This document shows, piece by piece, positions 22,541-35,016 of a stretch of 64,000 nt of DNA. Origin of the DNA: Mobula hypostoma (lineage: Eukaryota); the NCBI RefSeq assembly GCF_963921235.1, contig NC_086097.1:44332001-44396000 (forward strand), read 5' to 3'. Below the pieces are notes generated by a model. It had not been told where the DNA came from, searched no databases, and was given only the letters and a program-made list of their open reading frames with translations. Position 1 is the stretch's first letter. Each line of letters begins with the position of its first letter. A program made the position numbers and the translations under genes.

Positions 22541-25045
22541 CCATAGCTGTCTGTGTCAAAGAGTTCCACAGATTCACCACCCCCTGGCTAAAGAAATTCC
22601 TTCTCATCTTGGTTCTGAAGGGACCTTCTGATATTCTGTGGCTGTGCTCTCTGGTCCTAGACTCCCCCACTATTGGAAACGTCTTCTGTACATCCACTCT
22701 ATCAAGGCCTTTCAATATTCGGTAGGTTTCCACCCCCCACCCTCCAACTCATTCATCCAAAATCCATCGAGTACAGGTCCAGAGCTATCAAATGCTCCTC
22801 ATACATTAACCCTTTCATTCCCAGGATCATTATTGTGAACATCCTCTCTACCTTCCTTTCTTAAGATAAATGGCCCAAAACTGCTCAATACTCCGCGTGG
22901 TCTGACTAAAGCCTTATAAAGTCTCAGCATCACATCCTTCTTTGTGTATTCTATTCCTCTCAAAATAAGTGCTAACATCATGCTTGCCTTCCTTAATATC
23001 TTCTCAACCTGCAAGTTAACCTTTAGGTAATCCCGCACTAGTACACCCAGGTCCCTTTGCACCTCCGATTTCTGAAATTGCTCCCCATTTAGAAAATAGC
23101 CAACACCTTTATTCCTTCTACCAAAGTGCATGACCATATACTTCTCTGACACTGCATTCCAACTGCCACTTCGCTCATTCTTCTAATGTGTCCAGGTTCT
23201 TCTGCAGACTCCCTGCTTCCTCAACATTAGCTGATCCTTCAATTATTTTTGCATCATCTGCAGACTTGGTCACAAAACCATCAGTTCCTTCAGTTAGGTA
23301 TTAAAATGTAATGCGAAAAGTAGAGGATCCAACACTGACCCATTTGTCAGCGACAGGCAACTCGAAAAGGCCCCATTTATTCCCACCATCCAGGCCATGC
23401 TCTCTTCTCGCTGCTGCCATCAGGAAGGAGGTACAGGAGACTCAAGTCCCACACCACCAGGCTCAGGAACAATTATTACCCCTTAACCATAGGGCTCTTG
23501 AACAAGAGGGGATAACTTCACTCATCTCAAAACTGAACTGATTCTATAATCAACACACATCAAAGTTGCTGGTGAACGCAGCAGGCCAGGCAGCATCTCT
23601 AGGAAGAGGTACAGTCGACGTTTCGGGCCGAGACCACATCCTCAACAATCAACTCCAACATCTTCCCAACCACTGAGGTCAGAATATCTAGCCTATAATT
23701 TCCTTTCTCCCGTCTCTCTCCCTTCCTGAAGAGTGAAGTGACATTTGCAATTTTCCAGTTTTCTGGAACCATGCCAGCATCTATTGATTTTTGAAAGATC
23801 ATTACTAATGCCTCCACAATCCCTACAGCTACCTCTTTCAGAATCCTAAGGTGTAAACCAACTGGTCCAGGTGATTTATCTACCTTTAGTCCTTTCAATT
23901 TTCCAAGCATCTTCTCTCTAGAGTTGGCAACTTCACTCACTTCTGCCCCCAACACACTCGAACGTCTGGCACACCGCTAGTGTCTTCCACAGTGAAGACT
24001 GATGCAAAATACTTATTCAGTTCATCCACCATTTCCTTGTCCCCCAATACTACCTCTCCAGCATCATTTTCACCAGTCTAATATCTACCCTTGCCCCTCT
24101 TTTACTCTATATATCTGAAGAAACTTTTGTTATGTTCCTTATTATTACTGGCTAGCTCACCTTCATATTCCATCTTTTCCCTCTTCATGAATTTTCATAG
24201 TTGTTTTCTGTTGGTTTTTAAAAGCTTCCCCATCCTTTAACATCCTGCTAATTTTTGCTCTATTATATGCCCTCTCTTTGGGTTTTGTTTGCTTTGACTT
24301 TCCTTGTTAGCCATTGTGTGTTATCCTGCCTTTAAAATACTTCTTTCAGATGTATCCATCCTGAATCTTCCAAATTGCTCCTAGAATTTCCATCTATTGC
24401 TGCTCTGTTGTTATCCCTGGTGGTGTTTCCTGCATATTGAAATCTCCTGATGATTGTAATATTGCCCTTTTGACATGCTGTTTCTATATTGTGTTGTAAT
24501 TTGTAGCCCACATCTTGCTACAAATGTAAGCTACTGTTCAGAGGCCTGTATATAACTTCCGTCAGGGTCTTCTTACCCTTGCAGTTTCTCTGCTCTACTC
24601 ACAAAAGATTCCATTAGCCTTCCAATCCTATGTCACCTCCTTCTAAGGATTTGATTTAATATCTTTTCCCGGATAGAGCCACCCACCCCCTCTGCCTACC
24701 TGCCTGTCCTTATAATACAATGTGTATCCTTGGATGTTAGGCTCTCAACTACAGTACAATCTTTTTCTAGTGATGCCCAGAATGTGATACCTGCCAGTCT
24801 CTAACACTGCTACCTTATTCCCTATACTGCATGCATTCAAATATAACACCTTCTGTCCTGTTTTCACCCTTGTAAATATTTGTTTCCCTTTTACGTTGCA
24901 ACTCATCCTGCCAACTGCATGTTTGTCCTATCATCAGCCTGTCCTTGGTAGCTGTCTCACTGCACACTGCCTGTTTGTAAACCTACTGCCCCATCCTCAA
25001 GTCCTATCACTCCAGTTCCCATCCTCCTGCCAAATTAGTTTAACT
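22540..25045 (-). mobile_element. CR1 LINE (degraded, internally deleted, interrupted by Rex1 and PLE-derived pieces)
   Basis: Minus ORFs with KSPGP..LKE, W.IANV..F.KG, YKALVRP, FFSQ.VVNLWNSL. Confidence 0.75.
23551..23635 (-). mobile_element. Truncated Penelope 3'-end copy (partial hammerhead)
   Basis: Reverse complement of ggtctcggcccgaaacgtcgact..gtgtgttg; CTGACGA part missing. Confidence 0.75.
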
Positions 25046-25158
25046 TTGGCACATTGATTGTTTGTCTGTCTTTGTTGTGTGCAGTTTTCATTGATTCTAT
25101 TGTGTTTCTTTATATGTACTGTGAATTTCTGCAAGAAAAAGAAACTCAGGATAGTATA

Positions 25159-25305
25159 CTCTTCCTTCAGTTAGTTCTGACGAAGGGTCTCGGCCTGAAA
25201 CGTTGACTGCACCTCTTCCTAGAGATGCTGCCTGGCCTGCTGCGTTCACCAGCAACTTTTATGTGTGTTGCTTGAATTTCCAGCATCTGCAGAATTCCTG
25301 TTGTT
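25159..25305 (+). mobile_element. Short Penelope-derived insertion carrying a hammerhead motif
   Basis: Near-identical to ~41764-41910; 14-bp TSD ctcaggatagtata at 25145-25158 and 25306-25319. Confidence 0.9.
25173..25208 (+). ncRNA. Minimal type I hammerhead ribozyme variant (GUU site)
   Basis: AGUU CUGACGA AGG-gucucgg-CCU GAAA CG UU GACU. Confidence 0.7.
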
Positions 25306-25448
25306 CTCAGGATAGTATATGTACTTTGATAATGTATTTGAACTTCTGCTAGTCAGCCAGTCTTCTGCCCATGCTAATGCCGTGGTCCCATCATGTACAT
25401 CTCCAAATGTCTCCTTAAATTGATAGAAAACTGTATTTTATTGTATTA

Positions 25449-25625
25449 CAAACAAAAGAAAATTTGCAGATGCTGGAAATGAAAGTAATACATACACAAT
25501 GCTGGAGGAACTCAGCAGGCCAGGCAGCAACTATGGAAAAGAGTCGACAGTCAACGCTTCAGGCTGAGACCCTTCATCAGGTCTGGAAAAAAGATGAGAA
25601 GTCAGAGTAAGAAGGTGGGGGGGGG
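25449..25625 (-). mobile_element. Degenerate Penelope 3'-end copy
   Basis: gcagatgctggaaat..cagcaggccaggcagc..gagacccttcatcagg; hammerhead GAAA changed to GAAG. Confidence 0.7.
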
Positions 25626-25766
25626 TGGCTTTTTTTGTTCCTTACACTGAGGTTCAAGGGGAAGAAATTAAGTGCAAGCTAATAAATTGCTCTTGTATCA
25701 GTGAATTTATCATTATATGTAACTACAGTTTGTGTCATTGCTTAATTACTTGTTTATTAAGCACAG

Positions 25767-27068
25767 GTGCCAGCAGAAATTCAAGGAAGTCTTGGAGAAT
25801 ACACGGAGAATTTCGAACATGGCCTTATTGGAACTGTATGTGAGTCACCTGTGTCTGAGACGCAAACTCACTTATTAGAAAACCCAGACTCAATCTGTTT
25901 GCCAGGGTCCCCCAAACCAGTTTCACCCTCAAGACAGGAAACACACAGACTTATGAGGGATACTGACAAACATGATCAAGGCTCTCAATTTAAGGCTAAT
26001 TTGTACTGTAGTGATACAGCTCTTTATTGCCCTGCAGAACAAAGGAAAGGAAGAAGTAAGGTTAGAGATATGCAAGGTAGAAATCTTGGATTTTTTCGAA
26101 CACAGAGCTTTACAGATAGCGTTGTGGAAGCAGAAGACTTCAGTACAAGAGAGCCCCCTCCCAATTATTCCCATGCAGTGTCAACTTTCACTAACTACTT
26201 AAGCAGCAGCAGGACAAACAAGAAGAAAGGGACTGCGCAAACCACTGTAAACCCTGCTCACAACCTTCAGTGTCTTAACAGTAGAGATAATGTTTATGAA
26301 AGAAAGTGCAGCCCTTCACGAGAATACAGAAACAACAAATCCAGCCCTGTTCACACTGGGCAGCTACAATTCAAAGATATGACATGTGATAGCACGCAGC
26401 ACTCCTATGCAACTCTCCCAAAACGCTTTAATGATTCACTGTGCTTTTCGAGGATAATGACTCAGCAGGACAGGACCTCAGAATTGCACAGTGATCAAAA
26501 GGATACACATGAACCGGAAAAAAATACAATGGGCCAAAGTCGGAAAATCAACATGCATTATTCACACAGGGCACCTGGAATGATTTCATCCAGTAGCTTT
26601 ACTGAGCAGCAACCAGATAATAATCTGATGAGAAGAACACCCACGCGTGCAAACCAGTTGTTTTCTACTTCCAGAGAAGATAATTTTCTTGATGGACAGG
26701 ATCCTGACCAGAATAACTTTACAGATTCAAATTTCAGAGCGATTTCAGAAAACGAATGCAATAATGTTCAGAAACGAGATGCATTTTCCATGTCTAAGCA
26801 AAAAGATACTGAAAATGACCCAGAACCTTTGTCCAGCGGAAAGTGTATTGAAAATGCAAATGTTGGTAACATTAGAAAATACATTGATGTTGCCCCAGTA
26901 ATTCCAGTAGATTCCTCATACAGACATCCCATTACGTTGTTTGTGGTCCATAATGTTCACCTGGATAATGGGGTTTCGAATAGTAATGAGAAATCCTTCA
27001 AGAAGGATGGCCTTTATAGGAAGGACAGCCTTACAAAGGCACAACTTTATGGAAACTTGCTCAACTAA
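25767..27068 (+). CDS. BEGAIN: BEGAIN terminal coding exon (433 aa)
   Basis: gcacag acceptor; YCSDTALYCP, LNSRD and C-terminal RKDSLTKAQLYGNLLN motifs of BEGAIN; adjacent to WDR25 as in mammals. Confidence 0.92.
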   Translation: MPAEIQGSLGEYTENFEHGLIGTVCESPVSETQTHLLENPDSICLPGSPKPVSPSRQETHRLMRDTDKHDQGSQFKANLYCSDTALYCPAEQRKGRSKVRDMQGRNLGFFRTQSFTDSVVEAEDFSTREPPPNYSHAVSTFTNYLSSSRTNKKKGTAQTTVNPAHNLQCLNSRDNVYERKCSPSREYRNNKSSPVHTGQLQFKDMTCDSTQHSYATLPKRFNDSLCFSRIMTQQDRTSELHSDQKDTHEPEKNTMGQSRKINMHYSHRAPGMISSSSFTEQQPDNNLMRRTPTRANQLFSTSREDNFLDGQDPDQNNFTDSNFRAISENECNNVQKRDAFSMSKQKDTENDPEPLSSGKCIENANVGNIRKYIDVAPVIPVDSSYRHPITLFVVHNVHLDNGVSNSNEKSFKKDGLYRKDSLTKAQLYGNLLN

Positions 27069-29286
27069 CAGTTTAAATTCTATGCAAAATTAATGTTGAA
27101 CACAATGCACAAATGTAAATGCCCACAAAAACTATACTGTGCTATTGAAAATTGCACATGAAGTTGCAGACCTTCAAACTATTTGAATGGAATATTGCTT
27201 CTTACAAAATTTTAACAAGAAATCCCAATGGATTTTAATTAGACTAGACCAAATCAGATGCTTTTGTTCTTGAACTACAGGGTTAAAATAATTTGTACCT
27301 GAATTATGTCTTATATACAGTGGGAAAATAGAAAAAATGTATTGAAAGTTATCAATTAAGAAACCTTTGAGTCAAAATTGCAGCTGTTAATATACTTAAA
27401 GCACATAGTGTCAGCTGTGCTCTGTTTCATGCTCTTATTTTTCTGCATTTTATTTCCTAAGGTCATCTAATAGCATTCAAAGTTTTCTTTGGTTTTACCC
27501 TTTTGGTATTTATCTCACCAAACATTGTTCTGTAATACTTTATTCTATTGTAGCTGCTTATGGTTTACAAAATATTTATGATTAATCTCAGCAGAAAATG
27601 TGAGATAAATGTGAAACTTTTGAGATGCTGCTTGTCCAAAACACAAGCCAGTACTTATATAAGATAAAGAACACGGTAGTAGAGGAACTCAACTGGTCAG
27701 GCAGCATCTATGGATAGAAATAAACAGTCAATATTGTGGTCAGAAACCTTTACCTGGACCAGCCGGATGAAGGGATTTGGCCCAAGGTTCATATGTGACA
27801 ATGATCCTTCAGTTCCCATATGTAAGGAATATGAGCTGTGTTAGACCATTTGCCCTCTTGTGCTGCTCCACAATTCAATACAGCTTCAGCATTATTTTTA
27901 GTCTCAATCTCCATAACCCTCAAACACTCGATAGAGAAAAGTCCACTTTAGCTTTGAATCTATTCAATCATGCAGCCACTATTACCCCTGGTCATGAATT
28001 CCAAAGAGTCACAACCTTGTGAGGAAGAAATCCATCCTCATAGCTTTGTTACACAGTGACTTCTTATTCTGAATTACCTTGCCTCCATTTCAGTATTCCT
28101 TGAGATAAAGAATGCCACATACATTTTACTAAAGTGCAATAGAAACATTTTCTGATTGAATATGAGCTGATCTCAAATGATTATTTTTCAGTCCCTTCCA
28201 CACGCAGTTTTAAAATATTTCTGATTTAAATATAAAACTTTGATTATTCTCTTCCATCTAAATGTTAACAAAAGAGTGGATTGTAGATGAATAACAATAG
28301 CTCATTAAAAGTATTCTATTTGCAATTCATGAATTATCCAAATTAGGTTTTATACACAATAAAAATACACTTAAGAAAAAAATACACCAGAAGACTTTTA
28401 TTTCTAAGAACCAAGAATCTTTTGTTATGCATTATGCAATTCCATGCAAACCTACCAAAAAGAACCACCATCGCTAGGAATTTGCTTACATTAGTAGTTT
28501 TCAAAAGGCTGGCCTGAATTTGATACATAACTTCACTGAACATTTACCAGATTTTATTTCTTGTCATTGCATTTTGATTTGTAATGTTGTCTGAAATACC
28601 TGACCCAAGCCTATGTACCTCTGATACTTTCCACAAGTGTTGAATGATGTGTTAAATGAATCAGTGCTCCACTTGAATTATAAACCATAGAAGAATCAAT
28701 AAAAGGATACTGGAAAGCACTATAGAAGAAAAGCTCTTGGCTGTGTCTTGGCAATTTTTAAAAATTATATTTTATACAGGCAACACTGACTATCATAATA
28801 GTTAATAATTCTTTATCAAAATATATTTTCACATGGACTATTCTCATAATCTTGAATTAAAATAAAAATGAAAGCTGGAAAGTTTACATTCCCTGGTAGT
28901 GACATCTAGGTTTTAAACAATGAGTTCTTCATAAAAAATTAGAGGCTGCTCCCATATTATGGTAGGAAAGAGGGCTGCATTTTAGAAAATAGCCCATGTC
29001 GTGATTTTCCATAAGGTGAATCCGTATCATCTGTGAATGTGTCAAGTAGTGAGAATTCAAAAGAAAATAAATTTTGTACTTATTTACTTTGTTCCCCTAC
29101 AAATTAGAGCAATATTCATACCGCATCTCAAAGTTTTGAGTATTGATTTGTGAATTCTGTGAGGGTGAACTTTCATTACCCCAGACAGTAATAACGCAAG
29201 TCATTTGTTCTTAAATTCTTTCATGGTCCCAGTCCAATTTCAGACAGTTGCAATTTCATTCTTCCAAATTAATCGACAGTGGCAGT

Positions 29287-29952
29287 TGTAGTGTTCTTGT
29301 GCAGTGTGTTGAAACTCTGACTAAACACCAAGTTAAACCGGAGTCAATGAAGACAGAGTCGTAGTAAGGTTAACCATTTACTGTTCACTCTTCCACATTA
29401 ACATCGCATGGTGAAAACTGTTGATAAAAAAATACAAACATATACAGCGTCTGTTTCATTCTGGAGACCATGCACGCTCTCTTCTTTTAGCGAGTGTCTC
29501 CAGCCGCCCCGAGGAGGGAACGAGGAGGGTCCCGTCACACCACCGCCGAGCCTGAGCCCACCCCGCGTTTGAAATCGAAAAGCCGACACGCGCGCCACCC
29601 GAACCGCGGCTTCTTTAACAGAAACCACATTAATATTTTTACTTCAAATATTTTCATAGGAACTTACGGTGTTGCTTCTATAATGTTTCTTTGTGGTAGA
29701 CAGGGAGTTTTTCACGATCATGCTACACACATGGCATCCACCTTTATATCTTCCTGAACCAGAGTTACACACAAGAGCAGCGAAACCGGAGGTAACACCA
29801 TCACATACCGCGATATAGCATAGGCAATGAGTTTACCTTCGTTAGATTGTAACATAATTATCAACCTTTAACTTTAACTAGAAAATAGTCACAAACAAAT
29901 CATTTAAAGCGTAGACCCAACAAAGTCAAATAAATGCCTTAAAGGCAACACA
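29287..29952 (-). mobile_element. Solo LTR of a different family (666 bp)
   Basis: TG..CA ends with 5-bp TSD gcagt at 29282-29286 and 29953-29957; TATA-like gatataaa on minus ~29745 (orientation inferred). Confidence 0.75.
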
Positions 29953-30304
29953 GCAGTTATACCTGACAGCACGTTAATGATGCACTTTTCCAGAATGCTT
30001 TGTCACCTGGAAAGTCTGGAAAAAGATGCAGGGGTGTCCATACTTTTCCAACAGGATTCTGTGCTGCATGGGTTGTTCCCCTGGCCATTGACTGAGAAAA
30101 ATATTATATCTGCTGGAAAACCTATATTGAGTGAAAGACTCCCTAAAATCTGCCCAAAATTATTCGAGTAGTCCATCATTAAGTGGTGAAAACTGGCATA
30201 TTTTCAAATCCAGGCAAGGAAGAGAGCCAGTTTAAAGACAATGCACATAAAATAGTCAAAATGTGTTAAAACCCCAAAAACTATAAGTATGTCAACCACA
30301 AAAA

Positions 30305-30553
30305 TGCCATCTATAAATTTGCTGACAATACAACCATTGTTGGCAGAATCTCAGGTGGTGACAAGAGGACATACAGGGGCAGGTTATATCAGCTAGTTGA
30401 GTGGTATCGCAGCAACAACCTTGCACTCAGCTTCAGTAAGACCAAAGAACTGATTGTGGACTTCAGAAAGGGTAAGATGAGGGAACACACATCAGTCCTC
30501 ATAGAAGTATCAAAATTAGAAGGAGTGAGCAATTTGAAGTTCTTGGATGTCAT
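30305..30553 (+). mobile_element. Rex1/Babar RT fragment
   Basis: KFADNTTIVGRI..NNLAL..KTKELIVDFRK..KFL. Confidence 0.7.
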
Positions 30554-33275
30554 GATGGCTCAGGGGCAGGAATGATTACTTTGAGTGCCAGGCTTTAAAT
30601 GTTTCAGAAAGGACAGGGAGGGATGCAAAAGAGGTGGGGGCGTGGCACTGTTGATCAGAGATAATGTCACAGCTGCAGAAAAGGAGGAAGACATGGAGGG
30701 TTTGTCTACAGTCTTTATGGGTGGAAGTTAGGAACAGGAAGGAGTCAATAACTCTACTGGGTATTTTTTATAGACCACCCAATAGTAACAGGTATATTGA
30801 GGAGCAGATAGGGAGACAGATTCTGGAAAGGTGTAATAATAACAGGGTTGTTGTGGTGGGAGATTTTAATTTCCCAAATATCAATTGGCATGTCCCGAGA
30901 GTGAGGGGTTTAGATGGCGTGGAGTTTGTCAGGTGTGTTCAAGAAGGTTTCTTGACACAATATGTAGATAAGCCTACAAGAGGAGAGGCTGTACTTGATC
31001 TGGTACTGGGAAATGAACCTGGTCAGGTGTCAGATCTCTCAGTGGGAGAGCATTTTGGAGATAGTGATCTCAATTCTATCCCCTTTACCATAACATTGGA
31101 GAGGAATAGGAACAGACAAGTTAGGAAAGCATTTAATTGGAGTAAGGGGAAATATGAGGCTATCACGCAAGAACTTGGAAGCATAAATTGGGAACAGATG
31201 TTCTCAGGGAAATGACAGAAGAAATATAGCAAATGTTCAGGGGATATTTGCGTGGAGTTCTGCATAGGTACGTTCCAATGAGACAGACAAAGGATGGTAG
31301 GGTACAGGAACCGTGGTGTACAAAGGCTGTTGTAAATCTAGTCAAGAAGAAAAGAAGAGCTTACGAAAGATTCAAAAAACTAAGTAATGATAGAGAGCTA
31401 GAAGATTATAAGGCTAGCAGGAAGGAGCTTAAGAAAGAAATGAGCAGAGCCAGAAGGTGCCACGAGAAGGCCTTGGTGGACAGGATTAAGGAAAACCCCA
31501 AGGCATTCTACAAGTATAGGAACAGCAAGAGGATAAGATGTGAGAGAATAAGACCAATCAAGTGTGACAGTGGTAAAGTGTGTATGAAACTGGAGGAGAT
31601 AGCAGAGGTACTTAATGTGAACTTTGCTTCAGTATTCACTATGGAAAAGGATCTTGGTGATTGTAGGGATGACTTACAGTGGACTGAAAAGCTTGAGGTT
31701 GTAGACATTAAGAAAGAAGATGTGCTGGAGCCTTTGGAAAGCATCAAGTTGGATAAGTCACCAGGACCAGACGAGATGTACCCCAGGCTACAGTGGGAGG
31801 CAAGGGAGGAGATTCCCGAGCCTCTGGCGATGATCTTTGCATCATCAATGGGGACAGGAGAAGTTCCAGAGGATTGGAGGGTTGTGGATGTTATAAACCA
31901 GTGAGTCTTACTTCAGTGGTTGGTAGGTTGATGGAGAAGATCCTGAGAGGCAAACTTATGAACATTTGAGGAGGCATAATATGATTAGGAATAGTCAGCA
32001 TGGCTTTGTAAAAGGCAGGTTATGCCTTAGAAGCCTCATTGAATTTTTTGAGGATGTGGCTAAACACATTGATGAAGGTAGAGCAGTAGATGTAGTGTAT
32101 ATGGATTTTAGCAAGACATTTGATAAGGTACCCCATGCAAGGCTAATTGAGAAAGTAGGGAGGCACGGGATCCAAGGGGTTATTGCTTTGTGGATCAGGA
32201 ACTGGCTTGCCCACAGGAGGCAAAGAGTGGTTGTAGACGGGTCATATTCTGCATGGAGGTCAGTCATGAGAGGTGTGCCTCAGGGATTTGTTCTGGGACC
32301 CCTACTCTTTGTGATTTTTATAACTGATGTGGATGAGGAAGTGGAGGGATGGGTTAGTAAATTTGCTGATGACACAAAGGTTGAAGGTGTTGTGGATAGT
32401 GTGGAGGGTTGTCAGAGGTTACAGCGGGACATTGGTAGGATACAAAACTGGGCTGAGAAGTGGCAAATGGAAATCAACCCAGATAAGATAAGAGGTGGTT
32501 CATTTTGGTAGGTCAAAAATGACGATAGAATATAGTATTAATGGTAAGACTCTTGGCAGTGTGGAGGATCAGAGGGATCTTGGGGTCCGAGTCCATAAGA
32601 CAATCAAAGCTACTGCGTAGGTTGACTCTGTGGTTAAGAAAGCATACGGTGTATTGGCCTTCATCAATCATGGAATTGAGTTTAAGAGCTGAGAGGTAAT
32701 GTTGCAGTTATATAGGATCCTGGTCAGAACCCACTTGGAGTACTGTGCTCAGTTCTGGTTGCCTCACTATAGGAAGGATGTGGAAATCTTAGAAAGGGTG
32801 CAGAGGAGATTTACAAGGATATTGCCTGGATTGGGGAGCATGCCTTATATGAATAGGTTGAGTGAACTCCACCTTTTTTTCCTTGGAGCGACAGAGGATA
32901 TGAGGTGACCTGATAAAGGTGTTTAAGACGATGAAAGGCATTGATCGTGTGGATGGTCAGAGACTTTTCTCCAGGGCTGAAATGGCTAGCACGAGAGGGC
33001 AAAGTTTTAAGGTGCTTGGAAGAAGGTACAGAGGAGATGTCAGGGGTAAGTTTTTTTTTTACACAGAGAGTGGTGAGTGAGTGGAAAGGGCTGCCAGCGA
33101 TGGTGGTGGAGGCCAATACAACAGGGTCTTTTAAGAGACTCCTGGATAGGTACATGGAGCTCAGAAAAATAGAGGGCTATGGGTAACCCCAAGTAATTTC
33201 TAAGGTAAGGACATGTTTGGCACAGCTTTGTGGGCCGAAGGGCCTGTATTGTGCTGTAGATTTTGTATGTCTCTA
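30554..33275 (+). mobile_element. CR1 LINE, 5'-truncated (APE endonuclease + RT, stops and frameshifts)
   Basis: YRPPN, GDFN, LDLVL, SD; QHGF, YMDFSK.FDKVPH, GVPQG.VLGP, FADD; CR1 3' UTR gggccgaagggcctgt. Confidence 0.92.
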
Positions 33276-34115
33276 TTTCCAGTGAAACCCAGTAAATTTA
33301 AAGGGGTTTCTAACATACTGGGAGAAAGGCACAGTAACTGGCATCTTGGAGATTTAGAAGGAAACATAGGAACTGGCATCCAGGTGATTTGGAAGGGAGT
33401 GCAACAAATATCAACCGGTGTGCCAGATGCTGAACCATTTGGATATTTGGGTCACTAACTGTCAAAGCGTTATTGCATATAAATGATTTGCAATACAAAT
33501 GTTAACTTGAATATTTTATTATATACAAATTGAATTTTTATGAATTACGTATATTTTAAAATTATTTTTTATTATTCATTAGAACACAAACATTTACTTT
33601 TTCCCTCCCCACAGAAAACATAAACCAAAATCAGAAAGAACATTTAAAGCAACTTTTACACTTTTTAACCTAAGGATAGTCAATTTCAGCAGATTTTTGA
33701 AAAAGCACACCATCAAGAATTTTACATCACAGAAGAATGCAACTTAACCCACTGAATCTCTGCTGACTTTCTGGATTGCTAATCATCTTGCTCTATTCCT
33801 GACATTTGCTTGTATCCCAATAGAAATGATCCCAATGGAGTTCCTAAATCATACTAAATCATTGTTTAAAATACTGGCAGTACTAAAGTTTTACTGATTC
33901 CAAGCAATGTTGTTTTAAAATGTTTGAACGAAGTTGATACTGATTTTGAATTAATCCCATGATTTATGATATTTAACTCTAACATAATGTCTAAATGTCT
34001 ACATAATGCAGAACAATTTCTATATACAGCAGGAAATTCAAGAGTTATTCATCTAAATAGAAATGAATGACATAGCTGGACTTCATTTGATCAGTACGTA
34101 GAGAAGGACTGAAGG

Positions 34116-34488
34116 TTCATTTAATGTAATATATACCCTTCTTGTTTTTTTTTACTGTTTTTAATGGAGGTCGGGATTGAGGACGTGATTTTAAGTTTTT
34201 TAACTCTGTCTGGTTTCAAGTTAGCCCATTGCTTTGCATTGCTTTTAGTTAGTTGCACGGTGGGTTTTTTTTTGGGGGATTTTTTTTTCCTTTTCTCTAT
34301 TGATATATATATAAAAATTAGTATACTATTATGTTACCTTGGTACGTTATGTTTAAATTACATTGTTTGTAGTATTTTTTTTGTATTAATATCTTCTGTA
34401 ATTTTATTATATTCTAACAGTGTATTAGTGCCTATATGGCTTACCTTTTTGTATACTTATTCAATAAAAAGATTTAAAAAGAAAAGAA
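34116..34488 (+). mobile_element. L1-type 3' UTR insertion
   Basis: T-rich body, AATAAA, A-rich tail; 16-bp TSD agagaaggactgaagg at 34100-34115 and 34489-34504. Confidence 0.8.
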
Positions 34489-35016
34489 AGAGAAGGACTG
34501 AAGGAAGCAAATTTAATTCCTTGTTCAAACAAAATAATTTGTAACACATTTCCTTTTATAAATTTTTTAATTATTGAAGATGGCAGGCAACATTAATTTT
34601 AATCGACTTCATAAAATATATCTCATCACAAACATTGCTGCCTTGAGCCACTTCTGACTCCAGCAAGTCGATAGTTCTCCTTATCGATTGATCAACACAG
34701 TCTGAATCATCAAACATTATTGAATAACATAATCAGAGAAGCATAAAATTATCTTCATTTATATTAACGGCTTATGAGCATCCAAAGTGAAATCCATAAC
34801 ATACTTTTGATGTGGAGGTGGACTGCATTGGCATGTAACATAATGAGAAGGGGCATTCGTGAGTGGAACACCATTCCATTTGACATCTTATGTTAATGAC
34901 ATTGCACATAACACTGCACAGTGTGATTATAAGTGTATATTGTATCAATCTTGGTGAAACAATTATTTCAGCTTCTGCTGCTACCAGTGAATCAAAAAAA
35001 AAGTGCCAAAATTGTA

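Noticed and set aside
34164..34544. Hydrophobic 126-aa ORF resembling a membrane protein
   Set aside because: Arises from the T-rich 3' UTR of a TSD-flanked LINE fragment
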